From NCBI RefSeq assembly GCF_028368995.1, contig NZ_JAQNDL010000005.1, forward strand, positions 544,001 through 608,000: DNA of 64,000 nucleotides, in the 5' to 3' direction. This document shows positions 46,432 through 56,509 of the stretch, one piece after another; the first letter of the stretch is position 1, and each line of letters opens with the position of its first letter. Source of the stretch: Nannocystis bainbridge (GTDB lineage: Bacteria; Myxococcota_A; Polyangia; Nannocystales; Nannocystaceae). Below the pieces are notes generated by a model. That model did no database searches, was not told where the DNA came from, and saw only the letters and a list, made by a program, of their open reading frames with translations. The translations under genes were made by a program, and so were the position numbers.

Positions 46432-47508
46432 GTGGAGCTCCACGTCCCAGCCCGACCCGCGCCCTTCCGCTTCCGCCCCCGCGCCACCGCCCTGCTCGTG
46501 ATCGACATGCAGGGCGACTTCCTGCTCCCCGGCGGCTTCGGCGAGGCCCTCGGCAATGACGTGCGCGAGCTGCAGCGGACCATCGCCCCGACCCGCGCCC
46601 TCCTCGACGCCGCGCGCGCCGCCGGCCTGCTCGTCGTGCACACCCGCGAGGGCCACCGCCCCGACCTCAGTGACTGCCCGCCGGCCAAGCACGCGCAAGG
46701 CCGCGAGGGCCTGCGGATCGGCGATCCCGGCCCGCGCGGGCGGATCCTCGTGCGCGGCGAGTCCGGCTGGGACATCGTGCCCGAGCTGGCCCCGGCGCCT
46801 GGCGAGCCGCTGATCGACAAGCCCGGCAAGGGGGCCTTTCACGCCACCGACCTCGAGCTCATCCTGCGCAACCGCGGGATCGAGGCGTTGCTGGTCGTCG
46901 GCGTGACCACCGAGGTCTGCGTGCAGACCACCGTGCGCGAGGCCAACGACCGCGGCTTCCGCTGCCTCGTGCTCGCCGACTGCGTCGCCTCCTACTTCCC
47001 CGAGTTTCACCGCGTCACCCTCGACATGATCGCGGCCCAGGGCGGCATCGCCGGCTCGGTCGGTCAATCCGCCGACCTCATCGCCGCGCTCGCGGGCGCC
47101 CCCGAGGCGCTCGAGCGCACGGTGCTGCGCTTCTACGAGGAGGCGCTCAACGCCGGCCGCGACGACGCGTTCACCGAGCTGCTCGCGCCCGACGTCGCCT
47201 ACGACAACCCGGCGACCGGCGTCACCCGCGGGCCCGCGGGCGTGCTCGCGGCGATCCGGGGCCTGCGCGCCGCCTTCCCCGACCTGCGCTACACCGTCGA
47301 GGAGCTGCTCGTCGACGGCGACCGCGTCGCCGCGCGCTTCACCCTCCGCGGCACCCACCACGGCCCCTTCCGCGGGCGGGCTGCGACCGGCCGCAGCGTC
47401 GAGGTCGGCGGCAGCACCCACTACCGCGTCGCCGGCGGCCAGCTCACCGAGGTCCGCGTGTTCGCCGATTTCCTCGGCTTGCTGCGGCAGATCGGCGCCG
47501 AGATCTAG
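46432..47508 (+). CDS. Triuret/biuret hydrolase-like cysteine hydrolase fused to a SnoaL-like (ester cyclase) domain
   Basis: [58 protein letters not shown]; C-terminal [21 protein letters not shown]...GTHHGPF. Confidence 0.88.
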   Translation: MELHVPARPAPFRFRPRATALLVIDMQGDFLLPGGFGEALGNDVRELQRTIAPTRALLDAARAAGLLVVHTREGHRPDLSDCPPAKHAQGREGLRIGDPGPRGRILVRGESGWDIVPELAPAPGEPLIDKPGKGAFHATDLELILRNRGIEALLVVGVTTEVCVQTTVREANDRGFRCLVLADCVASYFPEFHRVTLDMIAAQGGIAGSVGQSADLIAALAGAPEALERTVLRFYEEALNAGRDDAFTELLAPDVAYDNPATGVTRGPAGVLAAIRGLRAAFPDLRYTVEELLVDGDRVAARFTLRGTHHGPFRGRAATGRSVEVGGSTHYRVAGGQLTEVRVFADFLGLLRQIGAEI

Positions 47509-47528
47509 ACCTGTCCTTCAGGGCAGGT
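47509..47528. repeat. ACATGT element copy
   Basis: ACCTGT-CCTTCAGG-GCAGGT, starting on the first base after the TAG stop. Confidence 0.8.
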
Positions 47529-47988
47529 GATTGCCCGTGCGAACCTCGCCCTGGCCTGCGACGACTCGAGCCCGTCGCTCGCTCGCACGCGCGGATCGTG
47601 CAGGCGAAATTCGTCCGCGCCGAGACGGGCGAGGCCGGCCCACGCGCGACCACTTCGCGGACGACCTGAGCCGCGCACCCACGTATCGCCGCACGGCATC
47701 GAGCGCTCCGAATCCCCGCCGCGTCACGCCGCATTCTCGCGTGAAGTGCGCGAGGCGACCTGCAGATCGCCGGCCGCAGATCCACCGTCCAGCGCCCGCA
47801 AACACCCCTCCCCGGCTCCCTCGCGTCGCCTGCCCGCAGGGCGACGAGCGCTTCGCCTGCGGGTGCGACCCGAGCCGACTCGCGCCCGCGGCAGGCCGCG
47901 CGGCCTCTCCCCACGGCGCGGGCGTCCGCTCGCGCCGAACGATTTGCGGCCCTCTCCTTCCGCCGGGACGGTGTTACCCTCCCCGGCC

Positions 47989-48636
47989 ATGCGTACCACC
48001 TTGATCTTCGCCGGTCTCGTGGCGCTCTGCGTCAGCCCGGCGGCGGCTTGCAAGCGGAACAGTGATTCTCGCGGTCCCGGCGACTGCGGCGGCCTGTGCG
48101 GCAAGGGTACCCACTGCGAGGCCGGTGCGTGCGTCGTCGACGGCGAGACCGACCAGCCGGTCAAGCAAGAGGTCGAGACCAACGAGATTCCGATGCGGCC
48201 GCAGATCACGTCGTGGGGCGAGTGCACCATGGAGCGTGACGAGCTGCCGAAGAAGTTCGTCCCCGTCGACGACTCGGCCGTCCCGCAATTCGACATCGAG
48301 CGCCCGCGCGTGCTCGACTGGAGCGAGGGCGAGGAGCAGCTCAACGAGCAAGTGCTCAGCGCCCACATGCGCGAGGTCGAGTACGGCATCAACGAGTGTC
48401 TGGCCGTCGCCGCCTGTTACAAGGGCGGCAGCCTCCGCGGCGGTCGCCTCGACATGGTCATCAGCCTGGTCGGAAAGACAGGCAAGGTCGACGCCGTGAC
48501 CGTCACCGCCTCGAAGGACCTGCAGGTCTTCGGCATCGTCCCGTGCGTCCGCAAGGTCCTCGCCGACCACCAGTTCCCGCGCTACAACGGCCCGTCGATG
48601 ACGGTGAAGTACAACATCGAGATCGGCGAAGAGTAG
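47989..48636 (+). CDS. Lipoprotein with AgmX/PglI/TonB-C-like C-terminal domain
   Basis: Signal ...PAAAC; Cys motif CGGLCGKGTHCEAGAC; INECL...GRLDMVISL...GKVDAV...CVRKVL...FP. Confidence 0.7.
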   Translation: MRTTLIFAGLVALCVSPAAACKRNSDSRGPGDCGGLCGKGTHCEAGACVVDGETDQPVKQEVETNEIPMRPQITSWGECTMERDELPKKFVPVDDSAVPQFDIERPRVLDWSEGEEQLNEQVLSAHMREVEYGINECLAVAACYKGGSLRGGRLDMVISLVGKTGKVDAVTVTASKDLQVFGIVPCVRKVLADHQFPRYNGPSMTVKYNIEIGEE

Positions 48637-48652
48637 CGCCGACCCGGGCCTG

Positions 48653-51196
48653 CTAGCCCTCGGCGGCGTCGCGGCGCCGCAGCATCCACGCCGTCAGCAG
48701 CAGGCACACCAGCGTGTAGCCCGCGAGCACCGCCCACACCAGCCCGATGTGCTCCGGCGTCGGGCTGTAGTTGACCGACGCGTAGACCTCGCAAGTCAGT
48801 GGGTCGCCCGGGAACTCGCAGCGGGTCATGTCGCGCGGCTCGAGCAGCGCCGCGATCGACCCCATCGACTCCATGCCCCAGCGCGCGCCGGTCAAGTACG
48901 ACAGCGGGGCCAGCACCGCCGGCAACGGCATCAGCGCCAGCGCGAACACCAATTGGGGGATCAGCGCCAGCGGCACCGTGCTCATCGCCTTGTCCGAGCT
49001 CGACACCCACGTCGAGATCAACAGCCCGAGGCCGACCCCCGACAGCGACGTCAAGAACACCGACACCAGCATCGCGCCCCACAGCCCGAGCGGCGGCTGG
49101 CGCGTCATGTCGATGAACCCGTACTCGGTCAGCGCCACATAGTCGGCCGCGAAGTCGACGCGCAGCAGCAGCAGCAGCATCAGCACCAGGCTCTGGACCG
49201 CGCACAGCCCCGCGAGCACGCCGAGCTTCGACAGCAGGTAGGCCGGGATCCGCAGGCTCGCCAGGCGCTCGCGGCGATAGATCTCCGACTCCTTGGTGAT
49301 CTCGCGGACCGAGTTGATCACGCCGAACCACACCGCCACCACGCTGAGCAAGAACAGCAACAGCCGCCCATTCGTCGACGGCGACGATTGCAGCGCCGTC
49401 GGCCGGGCCGCCAGCAGCAGCACCGCCCCGATCACCGGCGCTTGCAGCAGCAAGATCAGCAGGTTCTTGCGGTCGGCCGTGATAAGCCGCAGGTAGCGGT
49501 CCGCCAGCACGCGGGTCTGGAACAACCACGACGCGTCGTCGGTCGGCGGCGGGCGGACCGGCGTGCTGGTGGCCTTGACCGGCTCGTCGGCGATGCGGAA
49601 GTGGCCCGGCGCGACCGCCTGCAGCCGCACCCCCGACACCTCGCTCTCGGTCTGCCGCTCGTACACGTAGACCCGGTACTCGTCCGAGCGGCGGAACCGG
49701 ATCTCCCACAGCTCGGCCATCGTCGGCGCGCGCTTGGCCTGCGGGTTGTGCTCGTGCCACGAGCGGTACTCGGCCGCGAGCTCGCCCTGGCGCATCACCT
49801 CCGGCGGCCCGACCCGGCCCCCGAGCTTGGTGTAGATGTCGGCGAAATCGCCGCTGGTGACCCCGAACAGCGCCAGCGCCCCCGCGGGCGGCCCGTAATA
49901 GACCAGGCGTCCGCCGGCCATGAACGCCACCAGATCGCACTGCGTGATGTTGGCGGTCGCGTGGGTCACCAGCACCACCGTGCGGCCCGAGTCGGCGATG
50001 TACCGCAGCGTGTACATCATCTTCTTCTCGAGCCCCGGATCGAGCCCGCTGGTCGGCTCGTCGAGGAAGAACAGGTTGGGATCGGCGAGCAGCTCCGACG
50101 CGATCGAGACCCGCTTGCGCTGGCCGCCGGACAGCTCCGTGATCCGCTGCTGGCGCGCCTCGACCATCTCGACCTCCTCGAGCACGCGGACGATCCGCCC
50201 CTCGATCTCGGCCGCCGTCGTGTCGATCGACAGGCGCAGCCGCGCGGTGTAGCGCAGCGCCTCCTCCACCGTCAGGTTGCTGTGCAGGATGTCGTCCTGC
50301 GGCACGTAGCCGATCCCGCTGCGATAGCAGTGATAGTTCGAATACAGGTCGTCGTCGCCGACCCGCACCTGCCCGGCGTCCGGCCGGCGCACCCCGGCGA
50401 GCGCCGCCATCAGCGAGCTCTTGCCCGCGCCCGAGGCCCCGACCAGCGCCACGAACTCGCGCGGCTCGATCACCAGCGACACGTGGTCGAGGATCGCCTT
50501 GCCCGTCGAAGTCACCCGCACCAGCTCGCGGGCGTCGATCCGCATCGCCCCCTTCTGCTCGAATTGGTCGAGCGACTTGCCGGTGTAGATCAGCTTGAAC
50601 GGGCCGATCTGCAGCACGTCGCCCTGCTTGAGCTCGTGCACGTGGACCCGCACCCCGTTGACGAAGGTCCCGTTGGCGCTGCCGTGATCGGTGAGCTCGT
50701 GGCCGCGGTCGAACGCGCGGAGGGTCGCGTGCCGGCGCGACACCTGCAGGCTCGGCAGCACCAGGTCGCAGGCCTCGCGGCCGATCGTCACCTGCGGCTT
50801 GTCGAGCGCGCACCGCTGCACCGGCGACGTCGGCTGGGCCTGCGCCCGCTTGCCGATGTCCTGATACGTCAAGCTGACGAAGTTGCCGGTCACCGGATCG
50901 CCGATCCGGATCACGTCGCCGTCGTTGAACGCGTGCGAGCCGACGCGCCGCCCGCGGTAGAGCAGGCCGTTGCCGCCGCCGAGATCGACGATCCGGTGGC
51001 CCTGGCGATCGGGCTCGACGCGCGCGTGGTAGAGCGCGACCCAGGCCGACTGGATCACCACCTCGTTGTCCTGCCTGCGGCCGATCCGCAGCGGACGCGC
51101 GCCCAGGCGGACATCCTGCAGTTTGCGGCCCGCCGCCTCGATCGTCAGGTAGGTCGTCGCCGAGCGGATGACGACCGTATCCTCGGGCTCGTGCAC
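48653..51196 (-). CDS. FHA-FHA-ABC ATPase-permease transporter (Rv1747-like)
   Basis: IGR..DN and IGR...VSRRHA...SANGTFVNG FHA domains; GASGAGKS, LSGGQRKR, FLDEPTSGLD; C-terminal TM domain. Confidence 0.95.
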   Translation of the reverse strand: MHEPEDTVVIRSATTYLTIEAAGRKLQDVRLGARPLRIGRRQDNEVVIQSAWVALYHARVEPDRQGHRIVDLGGGNGLLYRGRRVGSHAFNDGDVIRIGDPVTGNFVSLTYQDIGKRAQAQPTSPVQRCALDKPQVTIGREACDLVLPSLQVSRRHATLRAFDRGHELTDHGSANGTFVNGVRVHVHELKQGDVLQIGPFKLIYTGKSLDQFEQKGAMRIDARELVRVTSTGKAILDHVSLVIEPREFVALVGASGAGKSSLMAALAGVRRPDAGQVRVGDDDLYSNYHCYRSGIGYVPQDDILHSNLTVEEALRYTARLRLSIDTTAAEIEGRIVRVLEEVEMVEARQQRITELSGGQRKRVSIASELLADPNLFFLDEPTSGLDPGLEKKMMYTLRYIADSGRTVVLVTHATANITQCDLVAFMAGGRLVYYGPPAGALALFGVTSGDFADIYTKLGGRVGPPEVMRQGELAAEYRSWHEHNPQAKRAPTMAELWEIRFRRSDEYRVYVYERQTESEVSGVRLQAVAPGHFRIADEPVKATSTPVRPPPTDDASWLFQTRVLADRYLRLITADRKNLLILLLQAPVIGAVLLLAARPTALQSSPSTNGRLLLFLLSVVAVWFGVINSVREITKESEIYRRERLASLRIPAYLLSKLGVLAGLCAVQSLVLMLLLLLRVDFAADYVALTEYGFIDMTRQPPLGLWGAMLVSVFLTSLSGVGLGLLISTWVSSSDKAMSTVPLALIPQLVFALALMPLPAVLAPLSYLTGARWGMESMGSIAALLEPRDMTRCEFPGDPLTCEVYASVNYSPTPEHIGLVWAVLAGYTLVCLLLTAWMLRRRDAAEG

Positions 51197-51291
51197 GCCG
51201 GCATCGTACCCAATGGCGCCGGCCGCAGCGCATTCCGTCGCCGCTTCGGACCGGAAAGGCGCGTCCGCCGAGCGCGAGCCGCGCGAGCGAT

Positions 51292-51311
51292 GCCTGCTCA
51301 AGCGGACAGGT
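51292..51311. repeat. Degenerate ACATGT element copy
   Basis: GCCTGC-TCAAGCGG-ACAGGT in a divergent intergenic region. Confidence 0.45.
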
Positions 51312-51372
51312 CGCGTCCTCGCCCGCCGCGCGCGATCCCGAGGTGCGGCGATCGTGTTACGCTCGGCAGCCG

Positions 51373-51906
51373 ATGACACTGGCCACCCCGCGCCCCACTT
51401 CTCCCGGCCTCCTGCGCCGCGTGCACCTGACCGGGATGCTGGCCCTGACCCTCGCCAGCGCCGCCTGCGACGTCGACGAGATCGAGGTGTCGAGCGACAA
51501 GTCGGGCGCCTACAAGTCGGAATCGGGCGGCCGCGGCACCAAGGTCCTCACCGCCGCCGACGGCTCGACGGTGACGATCCAGCGCGACGGCACGGTCACC
51601 AAGCCTGACGGCACCAAGGTCCAGGTCAAGAAGGACGGCACGATCGTCATGTCCGACGGCAAGCGCGTGCGCGTGTTCCCCGACGGCTCACGCTCGACGC
51701 TGTCGGTCGAGCGCACCGAGTTCACCGCCGACGGCTCGATGGTCGTGGTCGCCGACGACGGCTCGCGCACGACGATCGCCCCCAACGGCACCGTCACCCG
51801 CGAGCTCCCCGGCGGCGCCCGCTCGTCGCTGACGATCGAGAAGCCCACGCCCCCCTCGGCCGCCCCGGCCCCGACCCCCGCCCCGACCCAGACCGCCACG
51901 CCCTGA
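51373..51906 (+). CDS. Lipoprotein with repeated DG[ST] beta-hairpins
   Basis: Lipobox ASAAC; DGSTVTI, DGTKVQV, DGSRTTI repeats; Pro/Thr tail. Confidence 0.75.
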   Translation: MTLATPRPTSPGLLRRVHLTGMLALTLASAACDVDEIEVSSDKSGAYKSESGGRGTKVLTAADGSTVTIQRDGTVTKPDGTKVQVKKDGTIVMSDGKRVRVFPDGSRSTLSVERTEFTADGSMVVVADDGSRTTIAPNGTVTRELPGGARSSLTIEKPTPPSAAPAPTPAPTQTATP

Positions 51907-52015
51907 GCCCCGCGCCGGGCCGGCTCGCGGGCCGCGCTCGGGGGGATGCCGCGAACTCAGCTTCACGATCTGCGAGGCGCCGCGCGACGGCCGCGAGATC
52001 GCTCGCTCCCGGAAA

Positions 52016-52091
52016 AGATGGCCACAAGGACATGTCCTTGTGGCCATTTCTCTTCGCACATGTCCTCGTAGGCATGTCCCACGGGCCATCT
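52016..52091. repeat. Six-unit 14-bp-period ACATGT array including a perfect 30-bp palindrome
   Basis: Hexamers at 52016, 52030, 52044, 52058, 52072 and 52086; ATGGCCACAAGGACATGTCCTTGTGGCCAT at 52018-52047. Confidence 0.9.
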
Positions 52092-52219
52092 ACCCTCAAT
52101 CCATCCAGCGGGACCCGGACCGGGCCAGCCGCGGCGAGGCGTTCGCCGGAGGTCGTCGGAGAACCCGCTGAAATCGACGACCTCGAGCACGCAGCTCCGC
52201 CCGCGCAGCTCGCCCGCGC

Positions 52220-53284
52220 TCAGCGACCGCCCGTGCGCGCCTGGTCGATGCAATACACCAGCCCGTCGCGCAGGCTGGCGCGGGTCGTCAGCTTGGACAG
52301 GTCGATCCCGATCGACACCATCGTCTGCGCGATCGAGGGGCGGATGCCGGTGATGATGCAGCGCGCGCCCAGCAGCTCGGCCGCCATCACCAGCCGCAGC
52401 AGGTGCTCGGCCGTCGCGGTGTCGATGAACTCGACCCCCGTCAGATCGATGATCGTGTGGCGCGCCTTCTTCTGGATGATCGCCTCGAGCAGGCGACCCA
52501 TCGTATCGGCCGCGCGTCGGCCGTCGACCGCCCCGATCAGCGGCAGGCTGAGCACGCCCTCCCAGACCTCGATGATCGGGGTCGCCAGCGCGCGGATGGC
52601 CTCCTCTTGCTGCGCGATCAGGCTCAGCTTCTCCAGCAGCTGCCTCTCCGTCTCGGCCCGCTCGTCGACCTCCTTGCGCACCCGCTCGAGCGCGACCGCG
52701 AGGTCGGCCCGGGTCGCGTCGTCGGTCGCCAGCATGTGCTCGATCCGGTCCTCCAGGCTCGCCTCCGAGGGCGTGACCACGAACTCGTCGTACGCGTCGC
52801 CGCTCGTGACCGACGCGACCTGCTCTGCCCAGCACTGCGACACCTCGAAGTGGCGCTGGAAGATGCCGGCGAACTTGCCGCCGAGGTAGCTCGCGCCCCA
52901 GCTGACCCCGAGCACCTTCTGGATGTTCGTCTCCCAGTGATGGTGCACGCGCAGCACGGCGCGGCGGGCCTTGCGATCGAGCGAGACCAGCTCCCAGCGG
53001 CCCCACCCGAACGTCGCGGCGACCTCGACCAGCGCGGCGAAGCCCGCCTCGAAGCTGGGGAACTGCGAGATGTACGCCCAATCGCCCTCGACCCCGTCGC
53101 GTCCGCCGCCGTGCAGCGCGAGGCGGAAGCGATCCGTGCCGACCATGCGCTGCAGCCCGCTGATCAGGCCCGTCAGCGTGCTCTCGGTCCAGATGAAGAT
53201 CGCCGGGTTACCCGCCATGCGGATGTTGCCGCGTTCGGTGTCGTACTCAAACTCGAGTCCCCCCAGAGTCGCGCGCTCGATCAT
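52220..53284 (-). CDS. V4R-STAS domain protein (RsbR-like)
   Basis: FGWGRWEL...YLGGKFAG...EQVAS...DEFVV (V4R); LATPIIEVWEGVLSLPLIGAVD...IIDLTGV...TGIRPSIAQT (STAS). Confidence 0.9.
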   Translation of the reverse strand: MIERATLGGLEFEYDTERGNIRMAGNPAIFIWTESTLTGLISGLQRMVGTDRFRLALHGGGRDGVEGDWAYISQFPSFEAGFAALVEVAATFGWGRWELVSLDRKARRAVLRVHHHWETNIQKVLGVSWGASYLGGKFAGIFQRHFEVSQCWAEQVASVTSGDAYDEFVVTPSEASLEDRIEHMLATDDATRADLAVALERVRKEVDERAETERQLLEKLSLIAQQEEAIRALATPIIEVWEGVLSLPLIGAVDGRRAADTMGRLLEAIIQKKARHTIIDLTGVEFIDTATAEHLLRLVMAAELLGARCIITGIRPSIAQTMVSIGIDLSKLTTRASLRDGLVYCIDQARTGGR

Positions 53285-53777
53285 GTCGTCGCAGCGACTG
53301 AAACACTTTCCTGGCGCCGGCACCACGGAGAACTTCGACTTCGTCGCGGGCGACGAACGGCGTCTGGGCCGCGATTGCGCCCGCTTCGTCGCGCCGCCGA
53401 TCGACGGCGAGCCCGGCGCCTCGTGGCGAAGCCGATACTACATTGTGGTCGGACCTCACCGTCGGAATGTGTCCATGACGATCGCGCCGCGTCACGGTCA
53501 CGAGACGGCCTGATGCCAATGGTGGCGACCGCACCGCACGTGAGACCCCACGCGGCGCCGCGAGCGAACGCGTCGATACGACGACTGCCATCCGCGCCGG
53601 CCCTGCCCATCCGCGCAGCATGGCGGAGCGGACAATCGTCCGCCAACCATTCACAGCACCTGCCATCCCGGCGCTTCCATGACTCCGAGCGGCGCGAATA
53701 TCGCGACCCGCCGCCGGCGCCGTCAGCGACTGCCGACCCACACGAGGCGCGAAGGCGAGCCCCACGACGGGGCGCGG

Positions 53778-54836
53778 CTAGTCCTGGCCCTTCGGACAGC
53801 TACGGAGCGACGACGCGGCGCCCCGGCGGGCCGGCCAGTGGAACCACGCCACGAAGTGATCGCGGATCAAGCGGGCCCCGAGATAGCGCTGGACCAGCGC
53901 CTCGCGGGCGGAGTCGAGGCCGTAGCCGTGGCTGACGATGTCGCTGCAGATCTGCAGGCCGATGCCGTGACCGTCGGTCGTGTAGCGGGTGGCGAAGATC
54001 CGGCTGAAGTCGTCGCCAAGATCGGCGAGCAGGCGGGCGCGGTGCTCCGGCGTGACCTGATTGCTGACCACCACCCGCAGGTCGGTCTCCTGCGCCTCGC
54101 CGAGCGGGAAGATGTCGACGTGCACCACCGCGTCGGAGGCGAACCGCGCCGCGTTGTTGATCAGGTTGTACATCACGCGATCGAGCGCCGCGAACTCCAT
54201 GCAGCACTCCGAGACCGCCCCGTGGAACTCGCAATCCAGGTCGACCCGCACGCGCCCGGCGTCGGCGGCCCCGTAGGCGATCCCCGCCCACTTCTCGACC
54301 AGCAGCGACGCGTCGTGATCGACCGGCGCCAGGTCGACCGCGTAGCCGCTCGGGTCGAGGTCGGGCAGCGCGTTGCGCATGATCTTGAGGTGGTCGCGGA
54401 CCAGGAAGAACACGCGCTCGAAGTCCTCCACCTCGGCCTCGCCGGCCTCGCACAGGTCGAGGTGCATGAGCAGCCCGCTGAGGCTGCCGCCGCGCACGTC
54501 GTGATAGACCTTGCGCACCGCCAGCGGCGTGTCCTCGGCCACCAGAGCCGCGCCCAGCCCGCGGATCTGCTCGCACAGGGTCGGGTAGTCCTGCCGCTTC
54601 AGCTCCTCGCGCACGCGGGCGAGCCCCTGCTCCGGCTCGTCGAGGCCGCCGACCAGCGCGTACAACCCCCGCAGGAAGTCGTAGATCCGCCGCACCACCG
54701 CGGCGTCGCCGGGCGCCAGGTCTTGGATCGAGGCCACGACCGTGTCTCCGACATAACGACGCGCACGCGGGCGAATATTGGCAGGGGGCGCGAGCGCGAC
54801 CAGTTCCGGGCGGGTGAGCGGTGAGGCGGTTTCCAT
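53778..54836 (-). CDS. Cytoplasmic histidine kinase-like protein without sensor domain
   Basis: H-box-like YHDVRGG; N-box NLINNAARF; F/G2 IFATRYTTDGHGIGL. Confidence 0.8.
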   Translation of the reverse strand: METASPLTRPELVALAPPANIRPRARRYVGDTVVASIQDLAPGDAAVVRRIYDFLRGLYALVGGLDEPEQGLARVREELKRQDYPTLCEQIRGLGAALVAEDTPLAVRKVYHDVRGGSLSGLLMHLDLCEAGEAEVEDFERVFFLVRDHLKIMRNALPDLDPSGYAVDLAPVDHDASLLVEKWAGIAYGAADAGRVRVDLDCEFHGAVSECCMEFAALDRVMYNLINNAARFASDAVVHVDIFPLGEAQETDLRVVVSNQVTPEHRARLLADLGDDFSRIFATRYTTDGHGIGLQICSDIVSHGYGLDSAREALVQRYLGARLIRDHFVAWFHWPARRGAASSLRSCPKGQD

Positions 54837-55354
54837 GGCCGTCTCCTCGAGACTGCTCCCCATTCCGCACGGATGCAAGGTGACGCCGAATGAGAGGACC
54901 GTCTCGTACGCGGGGTCGCGCCTCACGTGCGAGGCATGATTTCGACCTCGGGGTAAACCGCGCCAACGCCACGGCCGAGGCCGCTTGGCGGCCGTTCAGC
55001 AACCTTGGACAGATACTACGAACCTTATCTACGGCTATCACCGAATCATGCGATGATCCGCATCCGAATCACCACATGCGCAGTGCCATCATCGCAGCGG
55101 GGGCCGTCGGACCCGCGCTGCGCGCCCGTTCACGCGCCGCCGGGCCTGTCGAACCTTCGCCTCCTGTGTTCAAGGTCGGGTCGGGCTCCGCATGAGCCCG
55201 ACGTGCTCCCTATATGGTGTCCGCGCCGACTTGACGCCTCGCCGGGCTGCATCCATGGTCGTAGGACCGCGGCGAAGCTGATCTCGTCGCGCCCCACGCG
55301 GAGGCTCGACCGAGCAGAGCGAGCGAAGCGCCACCCTTGAACCAGAGCCTAATC

Positions 55355-55957
55355 ATGCAGAGAGCCGCCACCCCCTATTCGCTCCGCCTGACCTTGCGCT
55401 GCCCGCTCGTCGCGCTGGGCCAGGGGCCCCAGCGAGCATTCGACACGTTCCGCGGCGAGCTCGTGCGCGACGATGTCGTGTGCGCCGCCGCGGACGTGTA
55501 CGCGGTGCGGCTCGACAGCCGCGACGCCGCCTATGCCCGGGCCGCGGCGAGCCTCGGCAGCGAATACCTGACGCGGGTGTGCGGCGAGGCGCTGACGGGC
55601 GAGGGTTACGTCCAGGACCAGATCGCCGATTGCTTCTGGCACCCGGTGACCGACGTCTACGTCATCGACGGCATCACCACCAGCTTCGCCGCCGCCGAGC
55701 GCCCGGTCCTGCTCGGGCTGTTCGTGCAGACGATCTGGGCCGCGCTCGCGCGCGACGGCGGCCTACTGTTCCTCGACGTCCCCGCGACCGAGCTGCCGTT
55801 CTGGCGCTACCTGATGGGCGCCGATCTGCAGTCCGGCTTCGTCGTCGCGGCCAGCGAATACCTGCTGCGGAGCGACGACAGCCCGCGCCCCGCCCAGCTC
55901 ACCGAGCCCACCGCGCGGCCGGCGTCGCAGTGGCGAGCCGCCGCCAGCCGCAACTGA
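55355..55957 (+). CDS. Hypothetical protein
   Basis: Strong GC3 bias, globular composition; no recognised motif. Confidence 0.7.
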   Translation: MQRAATPYSLRLTLRCPLVALGQGPQRAFDTFRGELVRDDVVCAAADVYAVRLDSRDAAYARAAASLGSEYLTRVCGEALTGEGYVQDQIADCFWHPVTDVYVIDGITTSFAAAERPVLLGLFVQTIWAALARDGGLLFLDVPATELPFWRYLMGADLQSGFVVAASEYLLRSDDSPRPAQLTEPTARPASQWRAAASRN

Positions 55958-55959
55958 GG

Positions 55960-56334
55960 TCAGCCGCGCGGGCTCGCCGGCGGCCCGCAGTAGCTCCGCA
56001 CCAAGTTCAGGAGCACGTCGAATTCGATCGGCTTGCGCACGAATGCGGCGACCCCCGGCGGCGCGGTCCTGGGATTCTCGGCCGACAGGATCACGACCGG
56101 CAGCGCGAGGATGCGGTCCTGATCGCGCAGGACGTCGATGACCTCCCAGTCGCCGAGGATCGGCATCATGAGGTCGACGAGGATCAGGCACGGATCGCGG
56201 TCCGACCGGCGCAAGAACGTCTGCGCCTCTTCGCCGCTCGCGGCCTCCTCGACGACGTAGCCCTCGCGTCGCAGCAGGACGGCCGAGACTCCACGAATTT
56301 CGGAGTCGTCTTCGATGATGAGAATCGTGGGCAT
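55960..56334 (-). CDS. Single-domain response regulator
   Basis: ILIIEDD, LVDLMMP, VILSA, RKPI. Confidence 0.9.
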   Translation of the reverse strand: MPTILIIEDDSEIRGVSAVLLRREGYVVEEAASGEEAQTFLRRSDRDPCLILVDLMMPILGDWEVIDVLRDQDRILALPVVILSAENPRTAPPGVAAFVRKPIEFDVLLNLVRSYCGPPASPRG

Positions 56335-56509
56335 GAGGGCCGGGAACCTAGCAGACCCGCCACGCGCGAGGACTACGGCGCCGTCGGCGCAGCCACCATG
56401 GGTCCGCGTCCTCGTCACGACCGGGGCGCGAGCCCCGCGACGCATCGACCTTGCGTCTGCGACATCTGCCAGCAAATCCGCCGCAGCATGCTAGGCTGAA
56501 CGCGGATCG

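Noticed and set aside
48653-51196. FHA-ABC transporter as a novelty
   Set aside because: Known Rv1747-like architecture
1422-51376. Many long antisense or off-frame ORFs (e.g. 1422-3494 -, 32193-34703 -, 37706-40570 +, 48749-51376 +)
   Set aside because: Shadows of real genes caused by GC3 bias; Arg/Gly/Ala/Pro-rich with no motifs
52028-52037. GGACATGTCC equals the p53 half-site consensus RRRCWWGYYY
   Set aside because: p53-family proteins are not bacterial and the sequence is clearly bacterial; treated as coincidence
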